Positions 23,909 to 31,671 of a stretch of 32,000 bases of DNA are shown piece after piece (the stretch's first letter is position 1; the number at the start of each line of letters is the position of its first letter). The position numbers and the translations under genes were made by a program. Under the pieces are notes generated by a model, which made no database searches, had not been told where the DNA came from, and saw only the letters and a program-made list of their open reading frames with translations. Source of the stretch: Candidatus Saccharimonadota bacterium (GTDB lineage Bacteria; Patescibacteriota; Gracilibacteria; UBA4473); contig OZ245819.1 of NCBI GenBank assembly GCA_965228485.1, forward strand, positions 960,001 through 992,000. Reading direction: 5' to 3'.

Positions 23909-25024
23909 ATGGAATCTAAAAATTTTCTAGCGCAATCATTTTTTCTTCTCGGATCTTTTACTTTTCTTTTGGTTCTACTTTATATTGGAAAGTCTTTTCT
24001 TTTGCCGTTTATTGCCGCAGTTGTGGTTTGGTATCTGATTATATCTTTAATCAAATTATTGAGCTTGGAGTTTCGTGGGTATTGTCTTCCAAAGCCTGCG
24101 CCATTACTGCTTTCTATTGTGATTTGTGTCCTATGTATAGGGATTATTAGTAGTATTGTTGGAGAGAATCTGGAAAGAATTAATGATAAAGTCCCTGAAT
24201 ATCAAACAAAGTTCATTGCTTTAACAGAATCTGGTTTGGATAAATATCTTCCAAATTCCTCGGTAGATGCCACGACATTTTTACAGCAGAATGTTTTTGG
24301 TGCGATTGATTTTAGAGGAGTGATTAGTGAGTTAGCAAAAGCGGCGGGAGGAATTGCGGGTAAGACTATTTTGATTATCATCTACGTTATATTTCTCTTG
24401 ATGGAGTACAAAAAGTTCCCTCAAAAAATTAGGAGAATTACGGAAAAAGGTAAGAGTTATGGACAGACTGTTGGCATCTTGAATGATATTTCCCAAGATC
24501 TAAATAACTATTTCAAAATTAAGGCTGTTGCGAGTTTAGCCACAGGGCTTTTGAGTTACATTGTTTTAGTGGCTTTTGGCGTTGACTTTGCAGCTTTCTG
24601 GGCACTGCTAATTTTCCTGTTAAATTTTATTCCTACTGTTGGTTCTATTATTGCTACCAGTTTTCCTGTCTTTGTGGCTTTTGTTCAATTTGGCGGTGGA
24701 TATGAATTTTTTGTTATCGGCTTGGTTTTGGTTTCTATTCAGATTCTTATTGGAAGTATTTTAGAACCGCGTTTTCAGGGAAGTACCTTAAATATTAGCC
24801 CTTTGATAATTATCTTGTCTTTGGCTTTTTGGAGTATGTTGTGGGGGGTGTTAGGAGCTTTATTATGTATTCCGATTATGGCGACTATCAATATTATTCT
24901 TTCTAAGTTTCCATCAACACAGTGGATTTCTTTACTTATCTCTGCCGATGGTAGGGGTAAGGGATATAAAAATATTAAGTGGCATAAGAAGATAAAGAAA
25001 CACGTTAAAAAACTTCGACAATAG
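23909..25024 (+). CDS. AI-2E family (PerM/UPF0118) transporter
   Basis: A multi-TM protein with FIPTVGSIIATSFPV and LGALLCIPIMA motifs typical of the family. The start was trimmed to ATG 23909. Confidence 0.8.
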   Translation: MESKNFLAQSFFLLGSFTFLLVLLYIGKSFLLPFIAAVVVWYLIISLIKLLSLEFRGYCLPKPAPLLLSIVICVLCIGIISSIVGENLERINDKVPEYQTKFIALTESGLDKYLPNSSVDATTFLQQNVFGAIDFRGVISELAKAAGGIAGKTILIIIYVIFLLMEYKKFPQKIRRITEKGKSYGQTVGILNDISQDLNNYFKIKAVASLATGLLSYIVLVAFGVDFAAFWALLIFLLNFIPTVGSIIATSFPVFVAFVQFGGGYEFFVIGLVLVSIQILIGSILEPRFQGSTLNISPLIIILSLAFWSMLWGVLGALLCIPIMATINIILSKFPSTQWISLLISADGRGKGYKNIKWHKKIKKHVKKLRQ

Positions 25025-25025
25025 T

Positions 25026-25604
25026 ATGTTAGGGATTTATGCGGCCATTTTTAATTTGTGCCTAGTTTTTATTGCTTTTGGCGCTTATTTACTTCTTAAA
25101 AAAATGAGTCTTCCCTGGGAAGATTTATCATTTTTACAGAAGGGTGTTTTTGTTTGTTGTTCGATAGTTTTTATTCTTTTTTTACCGAATATTGCTTATT
25201 TGTTTACTGATAGTCGACATATTGCTGACTATTGTGATTTTGACTTTCTGCATCGGTGTACAAACTATCCCTGGATGAACCTGGGTTATTTTGTTTATGG
25301 AGCTTTAGGGATGCCTTTTTTTCTTATTACCATTAGAGGATTTTCTGAGATTTTAAGTATTATTTTTAATAAATACCTAAAATACATTGCTCCATTTGTG
25401 TTGATTTACCTTAGTGCCCTTGGTGTGAGAATAGGGCTTCTTGAACGATTTAATTCTTGGGAAGTAATTACTCACCCATGGCATATTGTTGAAACTTGTT
25501 TTCAGCATGTGATCAACTTTGACGAAGTGACTGTATCGTTCTTTGTACTACTTTTGATCCTTTATTACTGGACTTGGTTCTTTCTTGATCGATTTAAGTT
25601 GTAA
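25026..25604 (+). CDS. DUF1361-family integral membrane protein
   Basis: FLPNIAYLFTDSRH and GLLERFNSWEVITHP resemble the conserved DUF1361 motifs (PNAPYi.TD..H; GRf.RfNSWD...P). Confidence 0.65.
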   Translation: MLGIYAAIFNLCLVFIAFGAYLLLKKMSLPWEDLSFLQKGVFVCCSIVFILFLPNIAYLFTDSRHIADYCDFDFLHRCTNYPWMNLGYFVYGALGMPFFLITIRGFSEILSIIFNKYLKYIAPFVLIYLSALGVRIGLLERFNSWEVITHPWHIVETCFQHVINFDEVTVSFFVLLLILYYWTWFFLDRFKL

Positions 25605-26907
25605 TTTTTCCAAATTTTCGTTTTCCTACTTTCAGGACTTTTGGTGTTTCAGAAACAGAAATAGTTGCCTGAGGGTCTTCGATTTTTTTACCATCTAGGC
25701 TTACTCCCCCCTGAGTAACTAGTCGTCGAGCCTCTCCATTAGAACTAGCGAATTTAGTCGTCTGAGAAAGAAGATTCAGGATGCCAATTTCCTCAGCTCC
25801 TACTTTAAATTTTGGAATGTCTTCTGGAATTTCGTGTTTTACAAACTTAGTAATGAAATCTTGTTCAGCTGTGTTCGCGGCCTCAGCATCATGAAGCCAA
25901 GTGACAATATGTTTAGCGAGTATTACTTTGGCATTTCTTGGTTCATTTTTAATAAGTGCCGCGGCTTCTTTTAAATCTTCATTCGTAAAAATCTCAAAGT
26001 AAGTTAGCATTTCCTCATCTTTCATAGACATCACTTTTCCAAACATCTCATTTGGAGTTTCATCCAGAGCAATGTAATTCCCATAAGATTTACTCATTTT
26101 TCGTCCGTCAGTTCCATTAATAATTGGAACTGATAACACCCATTTTTCTTTGTCTTTATAGTTTCGGAGAAGCGTTCGTCCCATGAGCATATTGAAGGTC
26201 TGATCTGTTCCCCCAAGTTCTAGATCGACTTCCATTTCAACAGAATCAAATCCCTGTAGTAGAGGGTAAATAATTTCATGTCCGTGGATTGGCTTCCCTG
26301 CCTTGAGTCGTTCTTGGAACATATCACGTTCCATTAGCTGTTGTACGGTTACATTTGCCATAAGTTTAACCATATCAGCATAGTTCAATCTATCGAGCCA
26401 GTCTCCGTTGTATACAATGCGAATTTTATCAAAATTGAGTACTTTTGAGGCCTGTCTTTTCCAGTCTTCGAAATTACTTCTAATTTCTTCATCGGTAAGC
26501 ATTGGACGTGTGGCATCTTTTCCTGTTGGATCTCCTATTCTCACGGTTCCACTTCCGATTAATAGAATTACATCATGCCCAAGATCGGCAAATTCCTGGA
26601 GTTTTTTTAACCCTACAGCGTGCCCAAGAGTTAGGTGTGCTCCAGTCGGATCAATTCCTAGATATAGTCGAATTTTTCTTTGGGACATGAGTGTTGCTAA
26701 AGTTTCTTTTTTGGGAAGAACTTCGGCAACTCCACGAGTTAATGTGGTATTTATATTTCCTGTAGCGGTATTTAAAATCGTTTTGTTTTCCATATCTGGA
26801 AGTTTTATTTTTTCTTTGATTTTTTCTGCACCAGGCATTTTTCCTAAAGGATTTAGTTTCTTAGGATCTACGTTTTTTAGATTAAATTTTTTGAAAAAAT
26901 CGGCCAT
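25594..26907 (-). CDS. tyrS: Tyrosine--tRNA ligase
   Basis: GIDPTGAHLTLGH (HIGH), KMSKS and a C-terminal S4 domain (ARRLVTQGGVSLDGKKI). The alternative start ATG 26793 would remove a Lys-rich 38-aa extension. Confidence 0.92.
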   Translation of the reverse strand: MADFFKKFNLKNVDPKKLNPLGKMPGAEKIKEKIKLPDMENKTILNTATGNINTTLTRGVAEVLPKKETLATLMSQRKIRLYLGIDPTGAHLTLGHAVGLKKLQEFADLGHDVILLIGSGTVRIGDPTGKDATRPMLTDEEIRSNFEDWKRQASKVLNFDKIRIVYNGDWLDRLNYADMVKLMANVTVQQLMERDMFQERLKAGKPIHGHEIIYPLLQGFDSVEMEVDLELGGTDQTFNMLMGRTLLRNYKDKEKWVLSVPIINGTDGRKMSKSYGNYIALDETPNEMFGKVMSMKDEEMLTYFEIFTNEDLKEAAALIKNEPRNAKVILAKHIVTWLHDAEAANTAEQDFITKFVKHEIPEDIPKFKVGAEEIGILNLLSQTTKFASSNGEARRLVTQGGVSLDGKKIEDPQATISVSETPKVLKVGKRKFGKITT

Positions 26908-26915
26908 TGTAAGTC

Positions 26916-26921
26916 ATTGTA
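26916..26921 (-). promoter_or_regulatory. -10 box TACAAT, 8 nt upstream of the ATG at 26907
   Basis: The plus strand reads ATTGTA at 26916-26921. Confidence 0.35.
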
Positions 26922-26962
26922 AAATTATCGATCTGTATTCTAGCGAAAAGGATAAATTAAGC

Positions 26963-26968
26963 TATAAT
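26963..26968 (+). promoter_or_regulatory. -10 box TATAAT, 7 nt upstream of the ATG at 26976
   Basis: A consensus hexamer at 26963-26968. The -35 is weak. Confidence 0.45.
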
Positions 26969-26975
26969 TTTTAAA

Positions 26976-28172
26976 ATGCTATTACTTCGACGAGCCTATA
27001 AAAAAATTAATTATAAAGCCCCTGAGAGAGAAATTTTCTTGTGGGCTTTGGTAGGAATTGGATTATTTCTCATTGGGAAATGGGTAGATGGCTGGATTTT
27101 TCCAATTGTATTACAGTGGCACAATCTACTCTTGAATGAATTGGTAATCTTTCTTACAGAACAGCTTATTTTTGTAATTCTGGGAATTTTTGGCCTGGTT
27201 GCGACGTATAGAGTTTGGACTCATGAACAGTATCAAAGTAAGCTTGTTCCTGCTATTTTTGCAGTTATGACGGCCGGGATTTTGGCCTACATTTTTAAAT
27301 CCTTTTTTGGTATTCCTCGCCCATTTGTAGAGTTTGCTTTAGACCCTTTAGTGCCAGGGCAGTCTTATAGTTTCCCATCGGGACATACGGCGGTGGCCTT
27401 TGCACTTTTAATTCCTTTCTGGAGGGTTTCTAAGCTTTTAGGCCTTGCTTGGCTTGTATTTGCTATGGGGGTGGGATTTGCTCGTGTTTATGAGCTTGTA
27501 CACTACCCTTCGGATATTGCAGCGGGAATATTTTTGGGGGGAGTTGTGGGGGCTATTTTTTCTCACCCAGAAGTGAAAAAATTAATTACACTTTTGTGGA
27601 GAGAATTGGAGTTTCGTCGACAGAGCTTTCATTTTATTTTTGGATTGTTAGTAGTTTTTGCGCATTGGTCAGGAGTATTAAGGCTGCGTTTTATTGCTCT
27701 AATTTTGGTAGTAGGATTAGTTGTTTCAATTATTTCACAGTATAGAAAACTTCCTATTGTCTCTAAAATATTGGCGCTTTTTGATCGGCCAAGAGATAAA
27801 AAATTTCCAGGACGGGGAGCTTTCTATTTTTTATTGGGAGTTTTTATTTGTTTACTTATTTTTCCTTTGAAGATAGCCTATGCTGCGATTCTTATTTTGT
27901 CTGTAGGGGATAGTTTGAACCATCTTTTTGCGAGTCAGATGCAAAAAATAAATCTTCCCTGGAACAGACGAAAAAATGTTTGGGGGATTATTATTGGAGT
28001 GGCTATGGGGACTTTTGCCGCACAATTTTTTGTTCCATGGATGCCAGCTTATATTGCCGCTACAGTAGCCATAGCTGCAGAGACGGTTCCGTGGAGAATT
28101 GGGAAATATTATATTGATGACAATATAGTCGTTCCACTGGTTGCGGGGGGAGTGTTATGGGTATTGCTTTAA
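26976..28172 (+). CDS. Fusion protein: PAP2 lipid phosphatase (N-terminal) plus a polyprenol/dolichol-kinase-like membrane domain (C-terminal)
   Basis: All three PAP2 motifs are present: KSFFGIPRP, PSGH and RVYELVHYPSD. The C-terminal half (about 200 aa, 5-6 TM, SVGDSLNHLFAS...RRKNVWG) resembles the CTP-dependent polyprenol kinase/CdsA superfamily. Confidence 0.7.
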   Translation: MLLLRRAYKKINYKAPEREIFLWALVGIGLFLIGKWVDGWIFPIVLQWHNLLLNELVIFLTEQLIFVILGIFGLVATYRVWTHEQYQSKLVPAIFAVMTAGILAYIFKSFFGIPRPFVEFALDPLVPGQSYSFPSGHTAVAFALLIPFWRVSKLLGLAWLVFAMGVGFARVYELVHYPSDIAAGIFLGGVVGAIFSHPEVKKLITLLWRELEFRRQSFHFIFGLLVVFAHWSGVLRLRFIALILVVGLVVSIISQYRKLPIVSKILALFDRPRDKKFPGRGAFYFLLGVFICLLIFPLKIAYAAILILSVGDSLNHLFASQMQKINLPWNRRKNVWGIIIGVAMGTFAAQFFVPWMPAYIAATVAIAAETVPWRIGKYYIDDNIVVPLVAGGVLWVLL

Positions 28173-28199
28173 AAAAGAGCCATTAAGGCTCTTTTCTTT
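28173..28199. terminator. Bidirectional rho-independent terminator
   Basis: AAAAGAGCC-attaa-GGCTCTTTTCTTTT lies between the convergent PAP2-fusion and uvrA genes. Confidence 0.75.
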
Positions 28200-31072
28200 T
28201 AGTTTTCGAACATTTTCTTTAAGAATTGTCCTGTGTAAGATTTTTCTTCTTTGGCTACTTCTTCAGGAGTTCCAGTACAGACAACTTCCCCTCCGAAGTT
28301 TCCTCCATCAGGTCCAATATCGATTAGATAGTCACAACATTTAATAACATCTAGGTTGTGTTCGATAACAATAATTGAGTTTCCTTTGTCTACAAGAGTT
28401 TGTAGAACTGAGAGCAGTTTTTTCACGTCAGAGAAATGAAGTCCTGTTGTCGGTTCATCCAGAACATAGATGGTTTTACCTGTTGATTTTCTCATTAGTT
28501 CAGAGGCCAATTTTACCCTTTGAGCCTCCCCTCCTGAGAGTGTTGTAGCACTTTGTCCGAGTTGAATGTATCCAAGCCCCACTTCGTTAATGGCTTCTAA
28601 CTTATGTTTAATATTTGGGAAATTATCGAAGAAATCAACAGACTCTTCGATAGTCATGCTTAAGACATCAGCAATTGATTTTCCTCGGTAGGTGATTTCT
28701 AAGGTTTCATCGTTGTACCTTTGTCCATTACATTCTTCACAAGGGACAAAAACATCAGGGAGGAAGTGCATTTCAATTTTTTTGATTCCGTCTCCGCTAC
28801 AGGCTTCACATCGCCCCCCTTTTACATTAAATGAGAATCGTCCGGAATTATATCCACGCAGGCGAGCTTCTGGAGTCGCAGCGAAAACTTCTCGAATATC
28901 GGTGAAAACTCCTGTATAGGTGGCTGGATTTGATCGAGGAGTTCTCCCAATTGGAGATTGGTCGATAGAAATAAGTTTATCTAGTTGTTTAATTCCTTGA
29001 ATGTCATCATGAGCTCCGCTTGGTTTTTTGGCTCGGTTAAGTTCTCGAGCTAGAGTTGGAACAAGTATTTTGTTAATCAATGATGACTTCCCTGATCCAG
29101 ATACTCCTGTAATACCGACAAAACATCCAAGGGGGATATTTACGTCTACATTTTTAAGGTTATTCTCTCGAGCATTATAAATTTCTAGCCACCCAGAAGG
29201 TTTTCTTCTCACTCGAGGGGTTCTAATTGCCTGTCTTCCAAATAAGAAATCGGCAGTCTCAGTGTCAGATTTTTCCATTTCATCGATACTTCCAGAAAAG
29301 ACCAGCTCTCCACCATGAGCACCAGCTTTTGGTCCAATTTCTACAATATGATCGGCGGCTCTCATGGTATCTTCATCGTGTTCAACTACGAGAACCGTAT
29401 TTCCTAGATTTCTGAGGTTTTCGAGTGTAGAAATAAGTCGATCATTATCTCTTTGATGAAGCCCAATTGATGGTTCATCAAGAACGTATAGAACCCCTTG
29501 AAGTTGAGAACCAATTTGAGTTGCGAGCCGAATTCTTTGTGCTTCTCCTCCAGATAGAGTATTGGCTGTTCTAGAAAGAGTTAAATAACTGAGTCCAACA
29601 TTTTCTAAGAAACTTAGACGATCGGCAATCTCTTTTCGGATTGGTTTTACAATGTCTTCATTTTCACTGTTGGTTTCTACGCTTAAAATCCAATTTCTTA
29701 ATTCTGGTACAGGCATTGAACAGGTATCGAAAATAGTTTCGTTTCCAATAAAGACGTTTCGTCCGTAAACATTTAATCGAGAACCTTTACAGGTTTGACA
29801 CTTAGCTTCGATCATAAATTCTTCTAGTTTTTTTCTTACCCATTCAGAATCGGATTCATTGAATCTTTTTTCTGTTTGAACGATAAGTCCTTCAAAAGTA
29901 CTTTTAGTTTTTCTGCCCGAAAAAGCTCCTCGAAGATTTACATCAAATTCTTCATCACCAAAACCATCAAATAATTTTTCTATTACTTCTGGTTTGATTT
30001 TACTAATAGGGTCATCGATAGAGAATCCGTATTTTTTCCCAACCGCTTCTAGAACGGAAAAATACCATCCTTGCGAGTTACTCCCAAGAGAAGCCCAAGG
30101 AAGAATTCCGCCTTCTCGAATAGAGAGCTTGGGATTGAGGGAGGCCTCTCGGTTGAGCTCTAATCGGTATCCAAGACCATGGCAGGCTTCACAGGCACCG
30201 TGTGGGGAATTAAAAGAGAATAGTCGAGGTTCAATTGGTGGAAATGAAAAACCGCTTTCTGGGTCTGATAGATTTTCAGAAAATAGGTGATCGGTTTCAT
30301 CACTCATTCGATGAGCAATAAGAATCCCTTCTCCATATTTTAGCGCGGTTTCTATCGAGTCCAAGACTCGTAGTCGGTCGTCATTTTTTTCTTCGATGTT
30401 GCTTCCATCACTCAGTTTTACCACTTTTTTGGCATAAGAAGATTTTACAAGACGGTCTACAACAATTTCAATATCGTGTTTTTTATTTGGATCTAGTTCA
30501 ATATCTTCATTAATTGTGTGGATATGTTTATCAATTCGAAGTCGGACAAATCCTGCTTTTTGAATTTTTTCGATTGCATCTCGGTGTTCCCCTTTTTTTC
30601 CACGTACAATTGGAGCTAGAATCATAAACTTTTCACCCTTTTCCCATTTATCAATAGCATCCACCATTTGTGCTGGAGTCTGTTTCTGTAACGATCTTCC
30701 GGTATCTGGGTTCTTTGGAATTCCTACTTTTGCAAACAGTAGCCGAAGGTAGTCATAGATTTCTGTAACGGTTCCGACGGTAGATCGAGGATTTCGAGGT
30801 GCGGTTTTCTGATCAATAGAAATAGCGGGACTGAGTCCTTCGATTGATTCCACTTCAGGCTTTTCCTGCATCTGTAGAAACTGCCTTGCATAAGTAGAAA
30901 GGCTTTCTACGTATCGTCGTTGTCCTTCGGCATAGATAGTATCAAACGCCAAGCTTGATTTTCCTGAACCAGAAACTCCTGTGACAACGGTAAGTTGATC
31001 TCGAGGAATCTCTACATCTATGTTTTTTAGATTGTGCATTTTGGCACCGCGAACGACAATTTTCTTGGACAT
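28199..31072 (-). CDS. uvrA: Excinuclease ABC subunit A
   Basis: Two ABC modules (GVSGSGKSSLAFDT, GVSGSGKSSL, LSGGEAQR twice) and zinc-finger Cys clusters. Length 957 aa. Confidence 0.97.
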   Translation of the reverse strand: MSKKIVVRGAKMHNLKNIDVEIPRDQLTVVTGVSGSGKSSLAFDTIYAEGQRRYVESLSTYARQFLQMQEKPEVESIEGLSPAISIDQKTAPRNPRSTVGTVTEIYDYLRLLFAKVGIPKNPDTGRSLQKQTPAQMVDAIDKWEKGEKFMILAPIVRGKKGEHRDAIEKIQKAGFVRLRIDKHIHTINEDIELDPNKKHDIEIVVDRLVKSSYAKKVVKLSDGSNIEEKNDDRLRVLDSIETALKYGEGILIAHRMSDETDHLFSENLSDPESGFSFPPIEPRLFSFNSPHGACEACHGLGYRLELNREASLNPKLSIREGGILPWASLGSNSQGWYFSVLEAVGKKYGFSIDDPISKIKPEVIEKLFDGFGDEEFDVNLRGAFSGRKTKSTFEGLIVQTEKRFNESDSEWVRKKLEEFMIEAKCQTCKGSRLNVYGRNVFIGNETIFDTCSMPVPELRNWILSVETNSENEDIVKPIRKEIADRLSFLENVGLSYLTLSRTANTLSGGEAQRIRLATQIGSQLQGVLYVLDEPSIGLHQRDNDRLISTLENLRNLGNTVLVVEHDEDTMRAADHIVEIGPKAGAHGGELVFSGSIDEMEKSDTETADFLFGRQAIRTPRVRRKPSGWLEIYNARENNLKNVDVNIPLGCFVGITGVSGSGKSSLINKILVPTLARELNRAKKPSGAHDDIQGIKQLDKLISIDQSPIGRTPRSNPATYTGVFTDIREVFAATPEARLRGYNSGRFSFNVKGGRCEACSGDGIKKIEMHFLPDVFVPCEECNGQRYNDETLEITYRGKSIADVLSMTIEESVDFFDNFPNIKHKLEAINEVGLGYIQLGQSATTLSGGEAQRVKLASELMRKSTGKTIYVLDEPTTGLHFSDVKKLLSVLQTLVDKGNSIIVIEHNLDVIKCCDYLIDIGPDGGNFGGEVVCTGTPEEVAKEEKSYTGQFLKKMFEN

Positions 31073-31104
31073 GTGGAATTATGAGGGTAATTGAAATACA
31101 TAAA

Positions 31105-31122
31105 AAGCCCCTCGTGGGGCTT
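31105..31122 (-). terminator. Orphan terminator-like hairpin 33 nt upstream of the uvrA start
   Basis: AAGCCCC-tcgt-GGGGCTT forms a 7-bp stem, followed on the minus strand by TTTTTA. No upstream minus-strand gene exists for it to terminate. Confidence 0.4.
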
Positions 31123-31151
31123 CTTGCGACAGCGAGAGCCTAGCGATTGGA

Positions 31152-31180
31152 TTGCTTTTTGTCAAAAGATTTAGTATACT
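31152..31180 (+). promoter_or_regulatory. Promoter TTGCTT-17-TATACT, ending 6 nt before the ATG at 31187
   Basis: TTGCTT lies at 31152-31157 and TATACT at 31175-31180, within the palindrome AGTATACT. Confidence 0.5.
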
Positions 31181-31186
31181 GAAGTA

Positions 31187-31609
31187 ATGAAACACAAATC
31201 CATGGATTCGTTTATTGCCACTCGTAGAGAAGTTCCTCTGGAGGCTGATTTTGAGTTTGAGCGTCAAATTCTTACTATGCTTGGATTCAGTGATGATGAT
31301 ATTTCTGCGTATGAGTCGGAAGTCTTAGATGCTGTTCGTGGAGATAAAGACATTACTCTACAGGAAATAGCTGCATTATCGGATGACCCAGAAGCCCCCA
31401 ATATTTTTCGTGCTAAAAAAGAACCAATACTTCAAAAAGCATTGGCTGAAAAGGGTTTTAGTATGGAGGATTTTGATGAGGCTGTGGATTTTTTACACGC
31501 TCCACGAGTTAAACAGGCTATCGAAGCTCGAGCAGAAGAGAATGGAGGAGATGTTTTGGAGGCGGTGACCTATGTAAGAGAGCGTATAAAGGAGCGAGTA
31601 GATTCATAA
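31187..31609 (+). CDS. Hypothetical acidic 140-aa protein
   Basis: An ORF only, Asp/Glu-rich, with no recognisable motif. Confidence 0.45.
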   Translation: MKHKSMDSFIATRREVPLEADFEFERQILTMLGFSDDDISAYESEVLDAVRGDKDITLQEIAALSDDPEAPNIFRAKKEPILQKALAEKGFSMEDFDEAVDFLHAPRVKQAIEARAEENGGDVLEAVTYVRERIKERVDS

Positions 31610-31639
31610 TTTTTTTATCTAGTATTTTTTTAATAAATC

Positions 31640-31648
31640 TGGTATAAT
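31640..31648 (+). promoter_or_regulatory. Extended -10 TGgTATAAT, 23 nt upstream of the ATG at 31672
   Basis: TG lies at 31640-31641 and TATAAT at 31643-31648. Confidence 0.4.
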
Positions 31649-31671
31649 GATCAGATTTATTTTTGAAAAAT

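Noticed and set aside
26408-26974. 188-aa ORF antisense to tyrS, and similar shadow ORFs at 601-804, 1757-2014, 1962-2183, 2140-2586, 3660-3917, 4941-5159, 5624-5993, 6199-6477, 7878-8105, 8968-9595, 10287-10542, 11363-11748, 13975-14169, 14418-15694, 17053-17253, 18166-18363, 19168-19350, 21792-21974, 26502-26690, 28141-28344, 28692-30290, 31079-31267 and 31383-31568
   Set aside because: All lie inside, or antisense or out of frame to, well-supported genes. They have low-complexity or Ser/Leu/Phe-rich composition typical of shadow frames in AT-rich DNA, and they carry no motifs.
26908-26975. T-box leader upstream of tyrS
   Set aside because: The intergenic region is only 68 bp and is shared with a divergent promoter. 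That is far too short for a T-box riboswitch, and no T-box sequence is present.
31041-31186. LexA/SOS box upstream of uvrA
   Set aside because: No GAAC-N4-GTTC (Cheo-type) or CTGT-N8-ACAG palindrome occurs in the upstream region. The CGAAC near 31050 is inside the coding sequence and has no partner half-site.
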